This document shows, in pieces, positions 36,552-49,389 of a DNA stretch of 64,000 nt. A program made the position numbers and the translations under genes. Origin of the DNA: Octopus sinensis (Eukaryota); NCBI RefSeq assembly GCF_006345805.1, contig NC_043013.1, positions 1,488,001-1,552,000 on the forward strand. Reading direction: 5' to 3'. Each line of letters opens with the position of its first letter. The stretch's first letter is position 1. The notes beneath the pieces are model-generated. The model saw only the letters and a program-made list of their open reading frames with translations. It was not told the DNA's origin and ran no database searches.

Positions 36552-37770
36552 CTTATGGATGATACAGAAAATCGTTTCCATTATGGTGGTAGGGGAGGCG
36601 GCAAGCTGGCGGAATGGTTAGCGCGTAGGGTATAGCAGTATTTCTTCCGTCTCTTTATGTTCCGAGTTTAAGTGCTGCTGCTGCAATCAACTTTATCTTC
36701 CAAAGTCGTTAAAAAAACATACCAGTCAAGTACTGGGGTCGATGTAATCGACTTGCCCCACCTACAAAAATTGCTGGCTTTGCACCAATATTTGAGACCA
36801 TTATGGTAGCACAGCAAAATAATTAATTGCATAAAACAGTTTGTATGAAGAATACAGTTATTTCCACTTTATAAGCATTGAACAGACTGTTTTTCAATTC
36901 ACAGATTCGTTTATTATCGTTTAAGATTTAAACGTGTTTTTCACTAAACAGTCTTTATAACAGTTACATCGTGGAAAATCTATTTTAGCCAGGTATAAAG
37001 CACACAAAAATTTGTGTTCACGGTGCATTTAGTTGCAATAACTTGACAATTGGAAAAATGTTAAATAAAAATACGAGATTGAATTTGTCCCTCAAATCAA
37101 TTGTAAGCCCTTATCGCATTTCGAAAGCCCTAAACAGGATGGTGATGACTAGAAATTAGCCTGGAGATAGAAACAAGCCGGATGCAGTGGTTGCAGACAT
37201 AAATTTGCCTTTTGATCTTTGTTAACTGTCATCCCCCCTTGAAAAATCCAAGCAATCTTTGTGAATGAGGGTAACTGTTCACAGGCAATCGGACAGAAAT
37301 CTTAATACCATTGCTGTTATGTCAAGCCCAAAAAAACTAGTGGCGACAGGATTTCATATTTACACGTATAAAACACGGTTTGAAAAATTTCATCGACGTT
37401 TAATTGAATTTTTTTCAAGACCAGGAACGTACTTACATATTTGACAATATACCTGTTCCCTCATATCGGATGTTTCCAGTCAAGATGAAACGTCAACCGG
37501 TGCATTTGCGTATGTTTTAAATCGTATTCATTTCTTCGCATTCTATCCACTCATTTCTCCCCTTTATATCCTCTGCTCTTCGTACTTTCTTCTCTAATAT
37601 TTAAAAGACTAATTTTGACACAGATAACATAACAATCACACTTTGCAACATATATATCAACCGAATTCTGTTTTTTCTTACTCTAATTATTTTCCAAAAC
37701 AATTGTAAACAGTAACAGTAGTCATCTCTCTCCATCAAATCAGGTATCTTTATTTGAAATGTGGCTGATA

Positions 37771-37885
37771 CCCAGAAAATGACAAAGTAGCCATACTCTG
37801 GGATATGTCAATACACACAGATAGAGAAATCAAGGTTAACAGACCAGATATAGTTGTTAGAGATCATCAAGAAAAAATGCCTTGT
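37771..37885 (+). mobile_element. R4/Dong-like RLE nuclease fragment
   Basis: PENDKVAILWDMSIHTDREIKVNRPDIVVRDHQEK is the canonical R4-clade RLE motif; followed by (TAA)n. Confidence 0.85.
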
Positions 37886-37901
37886 GATAAAAATAAGACT
37901 A

Positions 37902-37957
<56 letters not shown>

Positions 37958-38659
37958 CAACAACAACAACAAAAACAATAATAACAATGACGGTAAGGAT
38001 GATGATGATGATGATGATGATGACGTTGATGATAATAAGAATAAGAATAAGATATTCAACTTGGCCAGGAAAAAAACATAACTTGAGAATTCCGTCTCTA
38101 ACAAAACAGGGTATATGTTCCACATAAGCGTGTAACAAGTCCAAGTGTTTTAAAAATAGGATTTATTTGTTTTCGGTCAATTTGTTTTGCTTTGAATATA
38201 TTTTCCCACGAACATCTCTGTCCGCTAATGTTTCAAGCCAATAAATATTTTGACGAATGCATGTATGCCATTGTTCAGTTTTATTTCAAGATTTCTTATC
38301 AATAGAGAAAGAACCGGTTTCTAACCTAGATTCGAGGCTCCTTCATTGGAGTTTCAGCATCAACAACAGGGTATTTTTGTTTGAATGTATGTGTATATGT
38401 ATGTATGTATGGATATAGGTATGTATGTATATGTGTAGATTTGTATGTTTTGCGTTATGTATGTATTCTCATGCATAGAGTTGCATATCTAGACATGCTC
38501 ATATATATTTAAATGATAAACATCTGGAAAGTTTTATGTATGTATATATGTATGTATGTATGCATGTTATGTATGTATGTATATTTATGTATGCATGTAT
38601 TTATGTATGTATGTGTGTATGTGCTTGTATGTCACTCTCTCTCTCTCTCTCTCTGTCTT

Positions 38660-39080
38660 TTTCTCTCCAATAGTGAGTTGGAGAACGTAAAAGCAAGTCT
38701 GCTATAGATATTCACGGAGTAATGGAGTAAGGCTCAGATAAATGAGAATTTAAACTTCAACTCCTTCATGCGGAGCAGGTGGCTCCAGTTTAGAAAATCG
38801 GTCGGTTATATGAACGGGTAAGAAAGTAAAAAGGCTGATAAACACAAATAGGTTCGATAAGTGTATTAAGATGGAAAACAAAAATACAAAAATCAAGAAT
38901 ACACACTAAACAAAATGAGCTAGTATATGATGATCGTGCTAATGGCATAAGATAGTTCACTCGAAACAGACGGATTAAAACTGGCTGGCTATGAAACAGC
39001 ACCTGTTGGATGTTTCAACCAAGAACATCTGAATTCTTTCTAGAAAATATTTGAAATATCTGCTGAAGGAAACCCAAGAC
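38660..39080 (+). mobile_element. Very old CR1/L2-like 3' remnant
   Basis: LENVK.., LNFNS.., W.AMKQHLLDVST loosely follow the CR1 C-terminal motif order. Confidence 0.3.
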
Positions 39081-39469
39081 TGTACAAGAACATTGAGACG
39101 GTGCAATTATTTCTACGATAATTAAGTGTCTGATAAACAAGAAAATAATAAATCTAATTTAGAACACGAAACATTCATTACTTAAGTAAGACACAGATCC
39201 ATTTGTCACGAATTTGTTTAACTCTGCAAAAAATGTTGAATTCTGGAAAGATTTTAATTGCATTCGAAGTTCGGTTGTAAAGAACTTTGCAAATTTACTG
39301 GAATCTGATCAAATACAAGTCACATATAGCGAGCTGTTATCCTATAACATCACTAATGTGGATAAACACACCAAAATCCCGTATACACATAATTCTCGGA
39401 GCAAAAGAAGTTGCCAACTTTATTTTGCGTGTATCGTCATAATGATTTTTTTTTTTTTTTGATTTTTCC

Positions 39470-39510
39470 AGTTTCAGCTAATGAGCTGTGGCCATGCTGG
39501 GGCACCGCCA
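39470..39510 (-). mobile_element. Isolated CR1-type 3' tail with hairpin
   Basis: Reverse complement: GGTGCCCCAGCATGGCCACAGCTCATTAGCTGAAAC. Confidence 0.75.
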
Positions 39511-40146
39511 TTTAAATCTTCAAAAGTATCAAGTTTAATTGTGCCTTTCAATTATTAAAACTTTTCTTTTCAGAGAAGTGGATTTTCAAAGGATAATAAA
39601 TATCAGCTTGCATCTAATGAAACTGAAAATGAAAATTACGTAACATTTTTGTGTGTAATTTCTGTGTAAAAAGAGTAGTTACAGTGTATCAGTACACGTA
39701 CAACCGATTAATAAATATCATAAAAAATTTAGCAAACGTTTAAGGTTATGATTGATTAAGGATGCCAGATATAAAATCTTTGCAGGTTCCACAAGAAATT
39801 ACGGCGCTAAATGCTTTTCTGATGCAATTAATTATATTTTGCATCGAACTATAAATGCCATTTGTAGATATATTTAACTTATGTGAGAGGAAAGCCCACA
39901 TAGGTTTTAATTCTTGACTTTGCGATATATTAACATGGACGTTTTCTATAAAATCCGAGTTGCCTGAGAAACTGTTTATTTTATCCCCGAAATTGAATAT
40001 AAGGGCCGAATATCAACTTGTGAATACGCTCATGTACCGTTAAATGCCTTGAACAATATTATATATACAGTTCTCTATTTAAGAGATGAGGAATTATGTA
40101 CATTGTTTACATTTGACAGATATTTGTCCTTATCTTGTTTGTTGTT

Positions 40147-40192
40147 AACACAACGTTTCGGCTGATATACCCTCCAGCCTTCTTCAGGTGTC
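40147..40192 (-). ncRNA. Minimal type-I hammerhead ribozyme motif, intact (family C repeat, 40075-40245)
   Basis: Reverse complement: GACAC-CUGAAGA-A-GGCUG-GAGGGUAUAU-CAGCC-GAAAC-GUU-GUGUU. 5-bp stem I, 5-bp stem II, ACGU palindromic stem III. Confidence 0.78.
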
Positions 40193-40246
40193 TTGGGGGT
40201 AATTTCGAACCTGGGTTCTCATTCCTAAGGTATTTTTCGATATTAC

Positions 40247-40317
<71 letters not shown>

Positions 40318-40486
40318 TCACTGAATATATTTTCCTATATGCCCGTATAGGAAGATATTAGATTTATCAGCCCTAAAATTCAATCAATAATTGCATAATT
40401 GTATATGGCGTAGTGGTTAAGAACGCGGGCTACTACCCTCAACATTCCGAGTTCGATTCCATACAGTGATCTGAATAATAATAATA

Positions 40487-40625
40487 ACATCGAAAAAATA
40501 CCTCAGGAATGAGGACCCAGGTTCGAAATTTCCTCAAGACACCTGATAAAGGCTGAAGGGTATATCAGCCGAAACCTTTGTTTTAAGAACAAACGAGATG
40601 AGGACAAATATCCGTCAAGTGTAAA
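40487..40625 (+). repeat. Family C hammerhead-bearing repeat (mutated core)
   Basis: GACAC-CTGATAA-A-GGCTG..CAGCC-GAAAC-CTT at 40538-40578 (G8 to A, stem III altered). Confidence 0.75.
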
Positions 40626-40829
40626 AAGACGCTTCTCACAATTTTAATTCTGTTTTTGATTCCACTATCGTTCATACAATTTCTGGTTTTTATCCATGAA
40701 TACGTAATTTATTCCATAATTTCCACACTTTTTTCTGTTTTGTTTCTTCTTTATTATGTGTTCATCCTCTGCACTCTTTAAAGTCTCTTTGTTTTTAAAG
40801 CAATTTACTGTTATTAATTGTGCCCCTTG

Positions 40830-40911
<82 letters not shown>

Positions 40912-40913
40912 AA

Positions 40914-40966
<53 letters not shown>

Positions 40967-41134
40967 CATATATATATACAAAAACGACATACATCAGCCG
41001 GTAGACATTCAAGTATGTCTATTTATTCCAAAGTAATAGAAAGTATTAGAATGCATACACATGTAATAAGTATGTGTTACACACGTACTAATATTAGTAC
41101 TAGAATATTAGTACCAGCTGATGTATATATATAC

Positions 41135-41545
41135 TCAGACATGCCTTCCGCGATACACTCAGCCAATCTAGCTAGTTATGCTGACCACACAAATGTATAG
41201 CAGGCAGTTAGGAACCCAGAGGACATCATAAAACTGCAGAAAGACCTGAACGAAATATACAAATGGGCTTACAAAAATAACATGCAGTTCAAGGCTATGA
41301 AATTTCAGGCACTCCACTATTGGTCAAACATCAGGCTAAAATCGGAATACAGTGGACCAGAAGGTAATACTATCCCAGAGTCAAAGTCGGTGCATAACCT
41401 GAGGGTTCACATGAGCAATGATGCAACATTCCATGTGCATATTACCAAGATGGCAACACTGTGCAGGCGAGTGGCTGGACGGATTCTGAGGACATTCAAG
41501 AACCAGGAAAAGGGAGGGGCCCTGCTACCCCTATGGAGGACTTTC
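41135..41545 (+). mobile_element. CR1 LINE RT fragment
   Basis: DMPSAIHSANLASYADHT..MQFKAMKFQALHY..IPESKSVHNL..MSNDATF..LCRRVAGRILRTF..LWRTFV aligns with the ORF at 53424-54437. Confidence 0.9.
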
Positions 41546-41546
41546 G

Positions 41547-41595
<49 letters not shown>

Positions 41596-41637
41596 TGTGT
41601 GTGTGTGTGGTGTGTGTGGTGTGTGTGTGTGTGTGTG

Positions 41638-41670
<33 letters not shown>

Positions 41671-41727
41671 GTGTGTGTGTGTGTGGTGTGCGCGTGTGTG
41701 TGCGTGAGTGTGTGTGTGTGTGTGTGT

Positions 41728-41763
<36 letters not shown>

Positions 41764-42785
41764 CGTGTGAAACGAAATGAAACATGTTCTGCAAGTTAAC
41801 AGTTTGATTAACAACTGAAATTTAAAAAATTGTGCTGTCAACCATACGCTCTACGGCAATGTTCAGTCCAGTCCTGGCTCAATTTTCAGAGTCAGAGTGT
41901 GACTATAGTTTTCTTTAACACTAGTTCCGACTAGTCCCTTCAGAAATCTTTTGTAATCTCAGCCAAAGAAAAAGAAACTTATGAATCGATATTCTAAAAG
42001 ACGTGACTAATTTCCCCTTCACTTTCTTTATAAACGCCGAACCAAACGGAAGCTTTTGTTTCATGATATATTTTAAAAACCTTACGTACGTCTATGTCCG
42101 AATGGATTGTAGTATTATGAAGGATATTACAAGAACTTTACAACTGAAATAATGCAAGCTTTCTATCAAACATTGGTGTTTTCAAGTACTCCGTTCAGAC
42201 TTCGTTCACACTCTCAGGACTCTTACATAACAGGGCTGTATATAAACACCGAGGATAATATTCTCTCTACCAAATTCCAACTCCTCTCATTCTTTCTCAA
42301 CTTAATTGTTTACAAAATTATCATGATGCATATCGGTTCCTTTATCCATTTACTTTGCTCTACATTATAAATATTCTTTTTAAGAATAATTGTCCATAAT
42401 CGGCGTCCAAAGTAAATCGAGTATGACACTCCTGTTAAAAAAAAAAACGAAAAGAATTATACTCGCAAAACCGGCGCAAAACCGTTCGAATGTGGCAATA
42501 TTTAGTGGTGAGACAGCTGCCACTTTGGAATAATGTCTTCTTGAAAAACGGAACATATTACATTACTCTAGTGTATCCTTTAATAAGGAGACTGAGCTAT
42601 CGCTCTACTGGTGAGGGCGTAAGTCGATTATATCGATCCCAGTACTCAACTGGTATTTATCGATCCTGAAAGGATGACTGGCAAAGTCGACCTCGGCGGA
42701 ATTTGAACTCAGAACGTGCTAACACCTCTGCCAGCTCGCAACCTTAATAATAATAATAATATAATAATAATAATAATAATAATAA

Positions 42786-42821
<36 letters not shown>

Positions 42822-42842
42822 AGGTAGTAGTAGTAGTAGTAA

Positions 42843-42874
<32 letters not shown>

Positions 42875-42970
42875 ATAGTAGTAGTAGTAGTAGTATTAGT
42901 AGTAGTAGTAGTAGTAGTAGTAGTAATAAAATATTAAAAATAATAACAACAATAACAACAACAACGTCGT

Positions 42971-43001
<31 letters not shown>

Positions 43002-43011
43002 AATAATAATA

Positions 43012-43564
43012 AATGCCTTGATGCAGTACCAGACAGTGGTTCTCATGGCTTCTGATCTTAACTGATTGGAAGTGTTATCATGTACATTGTTTTGTCTTGG
43101 TATAAAAGATGGGCTACAGCAAATATTCTGCTCAATACCACAGATTTGCTTGTCAGTTGTTTGACCTTAACCAGTTGAGCATGTCCCTTAGTGGCTGACA
43201 ATATGTGCATCTCTGATCATGAGCAGAAGTAGTGGGGGAGCATCATAGCCATGTGTTGAGAGGGATTCTTTGGGGTTTGAATAATTCACCTTTGGAAACA
43301 TGGGTTGTTCGTTCAACATCCTTAAACAATCCTTATTCAGGGACTTTTTGAGCGGGATGGGTTACTCGACCAGAAGAAAATTCTAACAGGGTCCCACCTG
43401 CAAGGTCATGCGCTGTTTATCTTGATATGAGATCACCATGTCGCGCACATATGGTTGTGATGCATGTGCCTGGTGTACCCTTATCTGACGGGTAGTCATG
43501 ATGGGTATACTGGGCTTCGTATATTTTACCCCAGTGTCACTTTGATGGCATGCACTGCTCTCTC
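43012..43564 (+). mobile_element. ~550-bp non-coding interspersed element flanked by (AAT)n (second copy)
   Basis: Reverse-complement match to 22501-23055 along its full length. Confidence 0.85.
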
Positions 43565-43620
<56 letters not shown>

Positions 43621-43621
<1 letters not shown>

Positions 43622-43685
43622 TTGAATGGAACTTCACCGTTCAAACTGTCAGAAAGATAGATGCAAATAGGCCAGACATCATTTA
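43621..43685 (+). mobile_element. R4-like RLE nuclease micro-fragment
   Basis: LEWNFTVQTVRKIDANRPDII, directly after an (AAT)n tract. Confidence 0.65.
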
Positions 43686-43780
43686 ATTTTAGTAAATATA
43701 TCTGTTAAAATGAGATGTCAGTGTTATTTTCATATTTATGTAATTTCGACGATAATATATTCGCAGCATCCTGTATATAT

Positions 43781-43847
<67 letters not shown>

Positions 43848-44099
43848 CTTTGTATTTGTATTTGTTCCCCACAACCGCTTGACAACCGGTGGCGGTCCTT
43901 TTTCTGTCTCCGTAACTTAGCGGTTCGGCCGAAGCCCATGCTAGAGCACAGTCCAATGACTGAAACTAGCAAAAGAGAAAAAGAAAAAAAGTTTAAAATA
44001 AAATTAAAATGGCGGGGTTCAATTGCTTTAAAATGACTTTGTTCTCTTATGATTCCTTCTGTGGCGGGAGATATTTATGTTGCCTGCAGTTATTGTATT

Positions 44100-44683
44100 T
44101 TGGATTGACTTTTAAAATAAAGCACGGACGGTGGCCAGATGTTAGGGGTGATATGATCGCAGAAATTGTCTGACAGCAATGTCTAGGTTCTCCTGCTTGT
44201 GTGGCGTGGTGCAGAGTCCTTTTGCCAGATATAGGGTCTTCCAGTAGACACCCTCTTGACACAGGGCAGCACTACCTCCCTCAGGCACTTGATGTAGGTC
44301 TCAGTGTTAAGTCTGAGGCCGTGTGGGAAGATGAATGTAGACAAAACGTCGCCATCACTAATGATCACCCCAAACACCATGATGTTGACTGGATGTTTGA
44401 TTTTTATCTCTCTCGGTACACATGTCCTCAGATTGCACTGTCCTCAGATTGACACCCAAACACCCTGAAATGTTCGTATTGGAGCTTTCTGCGCAAATAC
44501 CAAGAAGTACAGTATGTCGTTTCCAAATTTCTGGCAGAGTGAATTTCGTCATGGTGATGTTTTTCTCACAAATGGTGCCCAAATGACCCTACTATACTGT
44601 GTAGTCGACAGAATCAAAAGCAAACAATGCGCATGCGCAAAATCGAAAATATAAAATGGCGACAATTTACCCATCGCACCCTG
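44100..44683 (-). mobile_element. Internally deleted Tc1/mariner-superfamily element (maT/DD37D-like)
   Basis: TIR CAGGGTGCGATGGGTAAATTGTCGCCATTTTAT at 44683-44651; N-terminus MTKFTLPEIWKRH..VNLRTVQ joined to HPVNIMVFGVI..YIWQKDSAPRHTSRRT..DHITPNIWPP; other end not found. Confidence 0.8.
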
Positions 44684-44814
44684 TGTGTGTGTGTGTATGT
44701 GTGTGTATGTGTGTGTGTGTGTGAGAGAGAGAGAGTGGATATATATATGAATATACGATGAGCTTCCGCACAATTTCCGTTTACTAAACCCACTCACAAA
44801 GCATTGGTCGGCTT

Positions 44815-45000
44815 GGGGCTTTGGTTTCATGGGTCCACAACTTTTTCATTCTTCCAGACAATCCTAGAGACCTGCGAGGTTTAGATGTGGATGTGTTCAA
44901 AGTATAATTGAAAAATTTTTATCTGGGGGACTAAAGAAACCCATATCCGTGGCAGGAAAGACAAAGAAGAGCAACTCTGTCCAACTTGCTACTTCACTAG
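44815..45000 (+). mobile_element. CR1 LINE 3' coding fragment
   Basis: GFMGPQL / FILPDNPRDLRGLDVDVFK aligns with GFRGPQLFNILPKCLRDLHGVDVGFFK of the 53-kb element. Confidence 0.7.
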
Positions 45001-46496
45001 AAACACTTCCGGAGAGCCAGGAAGTGAGTGTGAAATAAAAACCAATCACACAAAAAGTGGTGCATTAAAATGACTGCAACTTCTGACTGAAACCAGCAAA
45101 ATTAGAATAAAAATAAAGAGAAAATAAATACAAGAATCATAGCTGTTGCCCATAGTTACAAAAATAAATGTTTCTGTCTGAAATAAATGAAATGAGACGA
45201 GTATTGTGTCTGAAGTTGTTTTGTAATCTTTATTAATATAAACACATGAACTTAGAGTGTTGGAAACCTCAAGTCATCTGAATCCTCTTTCCTTTGTTAA
45301 CATTTCTATTTATAAATGTAAATACTTATACATGTGTGTGTAAGATTACTTTATCACCAAATTCCACCCGGATTACTACTGAAACTCTAAACGATTTGGA
45401 TTGCCATCTTCCTACATTTGCACTTTGCAGTGTTGTTAATTCGTTTCAGAACCCGTCTACCATGACTTCTCGGACTTTTTAAACCCTTCGAAAATTATCA
45501 TCTTTCCTTTCTTTCTTTATCTTCAAGACTTCATACATTAACATTAGTAGACCTCTGTTAAACATTTCATTTATAGTTTATACAAAAATTTACTTTCGTG
45601 GATCTCCTTCTCGAGCTTAAATTACAGAAAACTGTTGCGTTGTAAATTCCTCAAATACCTGCTACTGGAGCATCTCATTCTTATTTACCAACTACTCCCA
45701 ATTTCTTTTGACTTCTCTATAATTTGATGCCATTTTAAATTGTAAGGATTGCAAGATTTCCGGAAATAATGTATTAATTCGAAAATCACAGAAACACTCT
45801 GTATTTTGTTTCTCCGCACAATGATTAAAGAGAGAACGAGAGCAAAAGTAAGTCTACCCTATTCTACCCGCATTCACTTGTCTCCATACGCATACACACA
45901 CAAACGTCTGCCACTTTCCATTTAACCTTTCAGAAGAGAGCGGGTAGTCTCACGTTGCCGCTCGACAAACCAAAAATAGCATCACAATCTCCCTCAAATC
46001 ACAACCTACCATTGTGAAAATACAGCGAAAGATGTATGATCCAGCTGAAATATCTTTCATCATAGGTCAGCGTTCGAGCTGTGGATTCATAACAACATTC
46101 ACAATATCAACAATTTCTGTATTGATTCACTTTGTTTGGGGATCGAGGAAAAGTTTTTACTACTTGGTACTGCGGTCAGCTTATTTTCATTGGTGATGGT
46201 CACTTATTCTTATGCTGTTGAATTATTTTACAATATTCTTACAGGCAACACAATTTAATTTCAAAAACATATCCGATGACAAAACATGTTGGCCACTAAA
46301 CTGGGATCAACTAGAGTTTGAAAACAATGAAACTGATATATAATTAATTATCATAGCCCTCTTCCAATCTATAAACTACCTCCTACTTCCGCCAGCTCCT
46401 TTTTCCAGTTTGCACTTTCACCCTTCTTCACTTCTTTCTCCCAGATACGGTCTCACTCGTTCATACTTATTTGATGTTTGTTTTAAACAATATATC

Positions 46497-46895
46497 CTTT
46501 TCTACTCTAGGCACAAGGCCCGAAATTTTTCGGGAGGGGGTGGGCAGTCGATTAGACTGACCTCAGTAAGCAACTGGTACTTAATTTATCGACCCCGAAA
46601 GGATGAAAAGAAAAGTCGATCTCGGCGGAATTTGAATTCAGAACGTAAAGATAGACCAAATACCTATTTCTTTACGACCCACAAGGGGCTAAACACAGAG
46701 AGGACAAACAAGGACAGACAAATGCATTAAGTCGATTACATCGACCCCAGCGCGTAACTGGTACTTATTCAATCAACCTCAAAGGATGAAAGGCAAAGTC
46801 GACCTCGGCGGAATTTGAACTCAGAACGTAACGGCAGACGAAATACCGCCAAACATTTCGCCCGACGTGCTAACGCTTCTGCCAGCTCGCCGCCT
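46497..46895 (-). mobile_element. Dimeric SINE
   Basis: Reverse complement of the 26903-27299 architecture. Confidence 0.88.
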
Positions 46896-47500
46896 TCAAT
46901 TTTTGAAAAACACTATATCATATTGAATATGTCCAGACTCTGACCAAACTACAAAACCATTAACAACATGATGTTGCCGTTAAACTCCAGCTCTATACTT
47001 TGTTTCGGTTCGAGCTATTAATTAATTATTCCATAGTTTTAAAAGTCCAATTAATCTCAATTCTGGAATTTAACTAGTACCAATAAATTCAATATGCGAT
47101 AATGTATCGGTTACCTGAATTTATATTTTCATTTTTACCTAACAAATTTGCTCTCAAGAATTTCTGAAACGCTTCAAATAATGACTTGTAAAATTCTATC
47201 TTTGTGCTCAGCGACATATCAGCCAATTGATGTCAGCCAATTTGCTGACGATCGATATTCATTTCGGGGATGGGTATTATGTATCACTGAGTTGCCCCAT
47301 TAATTAACAAGTGTTTTTAACAAATAAACACACACACACACACACACACACACATATCGAAGACCACGTTTGATCAAATGTATGTGCCGCACATTAGCTC
47401 ACTCCCTCCATCAAATCCACAAGAGATGAAGTGTTTTGCTCAAGAATACAACACACCACCCGGTCTTGGAATCGAAATGTGTATATATCTAAATGTATAT

Positions 47501-47572
<72 letters not shown>

Positions 47573-47831
47573 GATACTTAGATAGATACTGAGATAAGTT
47601 TCGGCCAGAATTGGCCCAGGCCGTGTCTATATTAATAGTACTATCTGGAACAGACATTTAAAGATGTTTCCTATTATTCATTTATGGCCATCATAGCCCA
47701 TTCGAGTGGAGATTTATTGTTGATTGAGGTATATCCGGAGGTAACTGGTTTACCTGGAATTCGTTGGAGATAATCGTCCACGAACCGTTTAAATATAACG
47801 GGGTTGGCGTGTATTGGTGTGCTTAAATATA

Positions 47832-49120
47832 TTGGGTTGGTAACTAAGTTCCCGCCGCTTTTACAATTTAGTTTTTAAAAAAGATTTAATAAAAAATAAC
47901 AACTAATTAATCAATAATGTATTCAACCTTGTTGTTTACAAATTCTTCCCAACATTCAACAAGATTTTCAATACCACGTTGGTAGAAATCACCCGATTTC
48001 GACTCGAAAAATTGATCCAACCAAGCTCTCAATTCTGCATCAGTATTGAACGAAACTGCGCATAGCATTTAAAAGAGATCGAAAGAGGTGGAAATCCGTT
48101 GGTGCCAAATCAGGAGAGTACGGCGGGTATGTCAGCACTTCCCAGCCATGCGTTTGAATGGCTTCCTTGGTCATGTTGGCGATATGAGGGCGGGCGTTGT
48201 CGTGCAGCAGAACTCTATGCTGCCGATTAGGTCTTTTCTCTTGAATAGCCGTGTTGAGTCGTTCCATCTGTGGAAAACGGAGTTCCGTGTCGACCGTTTG
48301 GTTCCGTTCAAGCAATTCGTAATGGATAATCCCTTCCCAGTCCCACCATACACACAACTTCGTTTTACGCGGATGAAGATCTTCTTTCACGCGTGGTGTC
48401 GCTTGTTTACCGGGGCTAAGCCATTCCTTACGCTGCTTCATATTGATGTACAGGCACCATTCTTCGTCGCCATTAACGATTCGGTAAAGAAATCGTTGCT
48501 TGTGTCCATGAGTTGAGCAGTGACGAGCAAGCAAACCAGCGGAGATTGTCGCTCGTTCATTTTTGTTGTTGTCACTTAAAGCACGCGGAACCCATGCTCC
48601 ATACTTCTGAACCTTTCTCATCAAGTGAAGATGCTTCTCTATCGCAGTGTGGGAGCATTCCGTTTTCTCTGCCAGTTCCCTTATCGTTTCACGAGAATTT
48701 TCGTGCAAAAGTTGGTTCAATCGCTCTTCATCGAACTCAACTGGACGGCCAGAACGAGTTGCGTCTTTGAGGTCAAAATCTCCATTTTTGAACTTGGCAT
48801 ACCAATCACGAGCGGTTCTTTAAGCTATGGCACCCTCGCTATACACGACACAAATGTCACGAGCAGCTTTTGCAGGCTTAGAACCTTGATTAAAAGCAAA
48901 AAGAAGGAGGTGTCGAAAATGCTCGTTATTCTTAACTTGACATTCCATTTTAATGATCTGAAAATAAACAAAAATTAACTAAAATTAACTAGAAAAAAAA
49001 ATTGATTCCAAAATGATTCAAAAATAGAATTCTCGAAAAAAAAATAGATTTCAAATTTAAAAACGCAATATATTCCAAAATTAAAAAAAAAAAACGGTGG
49101 GAACTTAGTTGCCAATCCAA
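47832..49120 (-). mobile_element. Full-length mariner transposon (1289 bp), DD34D
   Basis: 30-bp TIRs (TTGGGTTGGTAACTAAGTTCCCGCCGCTTT vs TTGGATTGGCAACTAAGTTCCCACCGTTTT, 26/30 identical) with TA at 47830-47831 and 49121-49122. Confidence 0.95.
47907..48948 (-). pseudogene. Mariner transposase pseudogene
   Basis: MECQVKNNEHFRHLLLF..WVPRAL..IVNGDEEW..LLHDNARPH..YSPDLAPTD..EYIID*; one in-frame TAA near 48820 and one frameshift near 48050. Confidence 0.92.
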
Positions 49121-49321
49121 TATATACTAAATCTCGATTTCTGCTAAACTGCAAATGGATAACCCTGCAACGAACTAATCTCCTGATCAGGGGAAATGTC
49201 GGCCCGCTTGCCGAGCCTGGTGTTGGCATCATTCGAAAGTGAAAACAATGTAAAACGTTTTCTGACCAGCATCCGATATTCTGGTCGATCACGCATACAC
49301 ACACGCACACACGCACGCACG

Positions 49322-49389
<68 letters not shown>

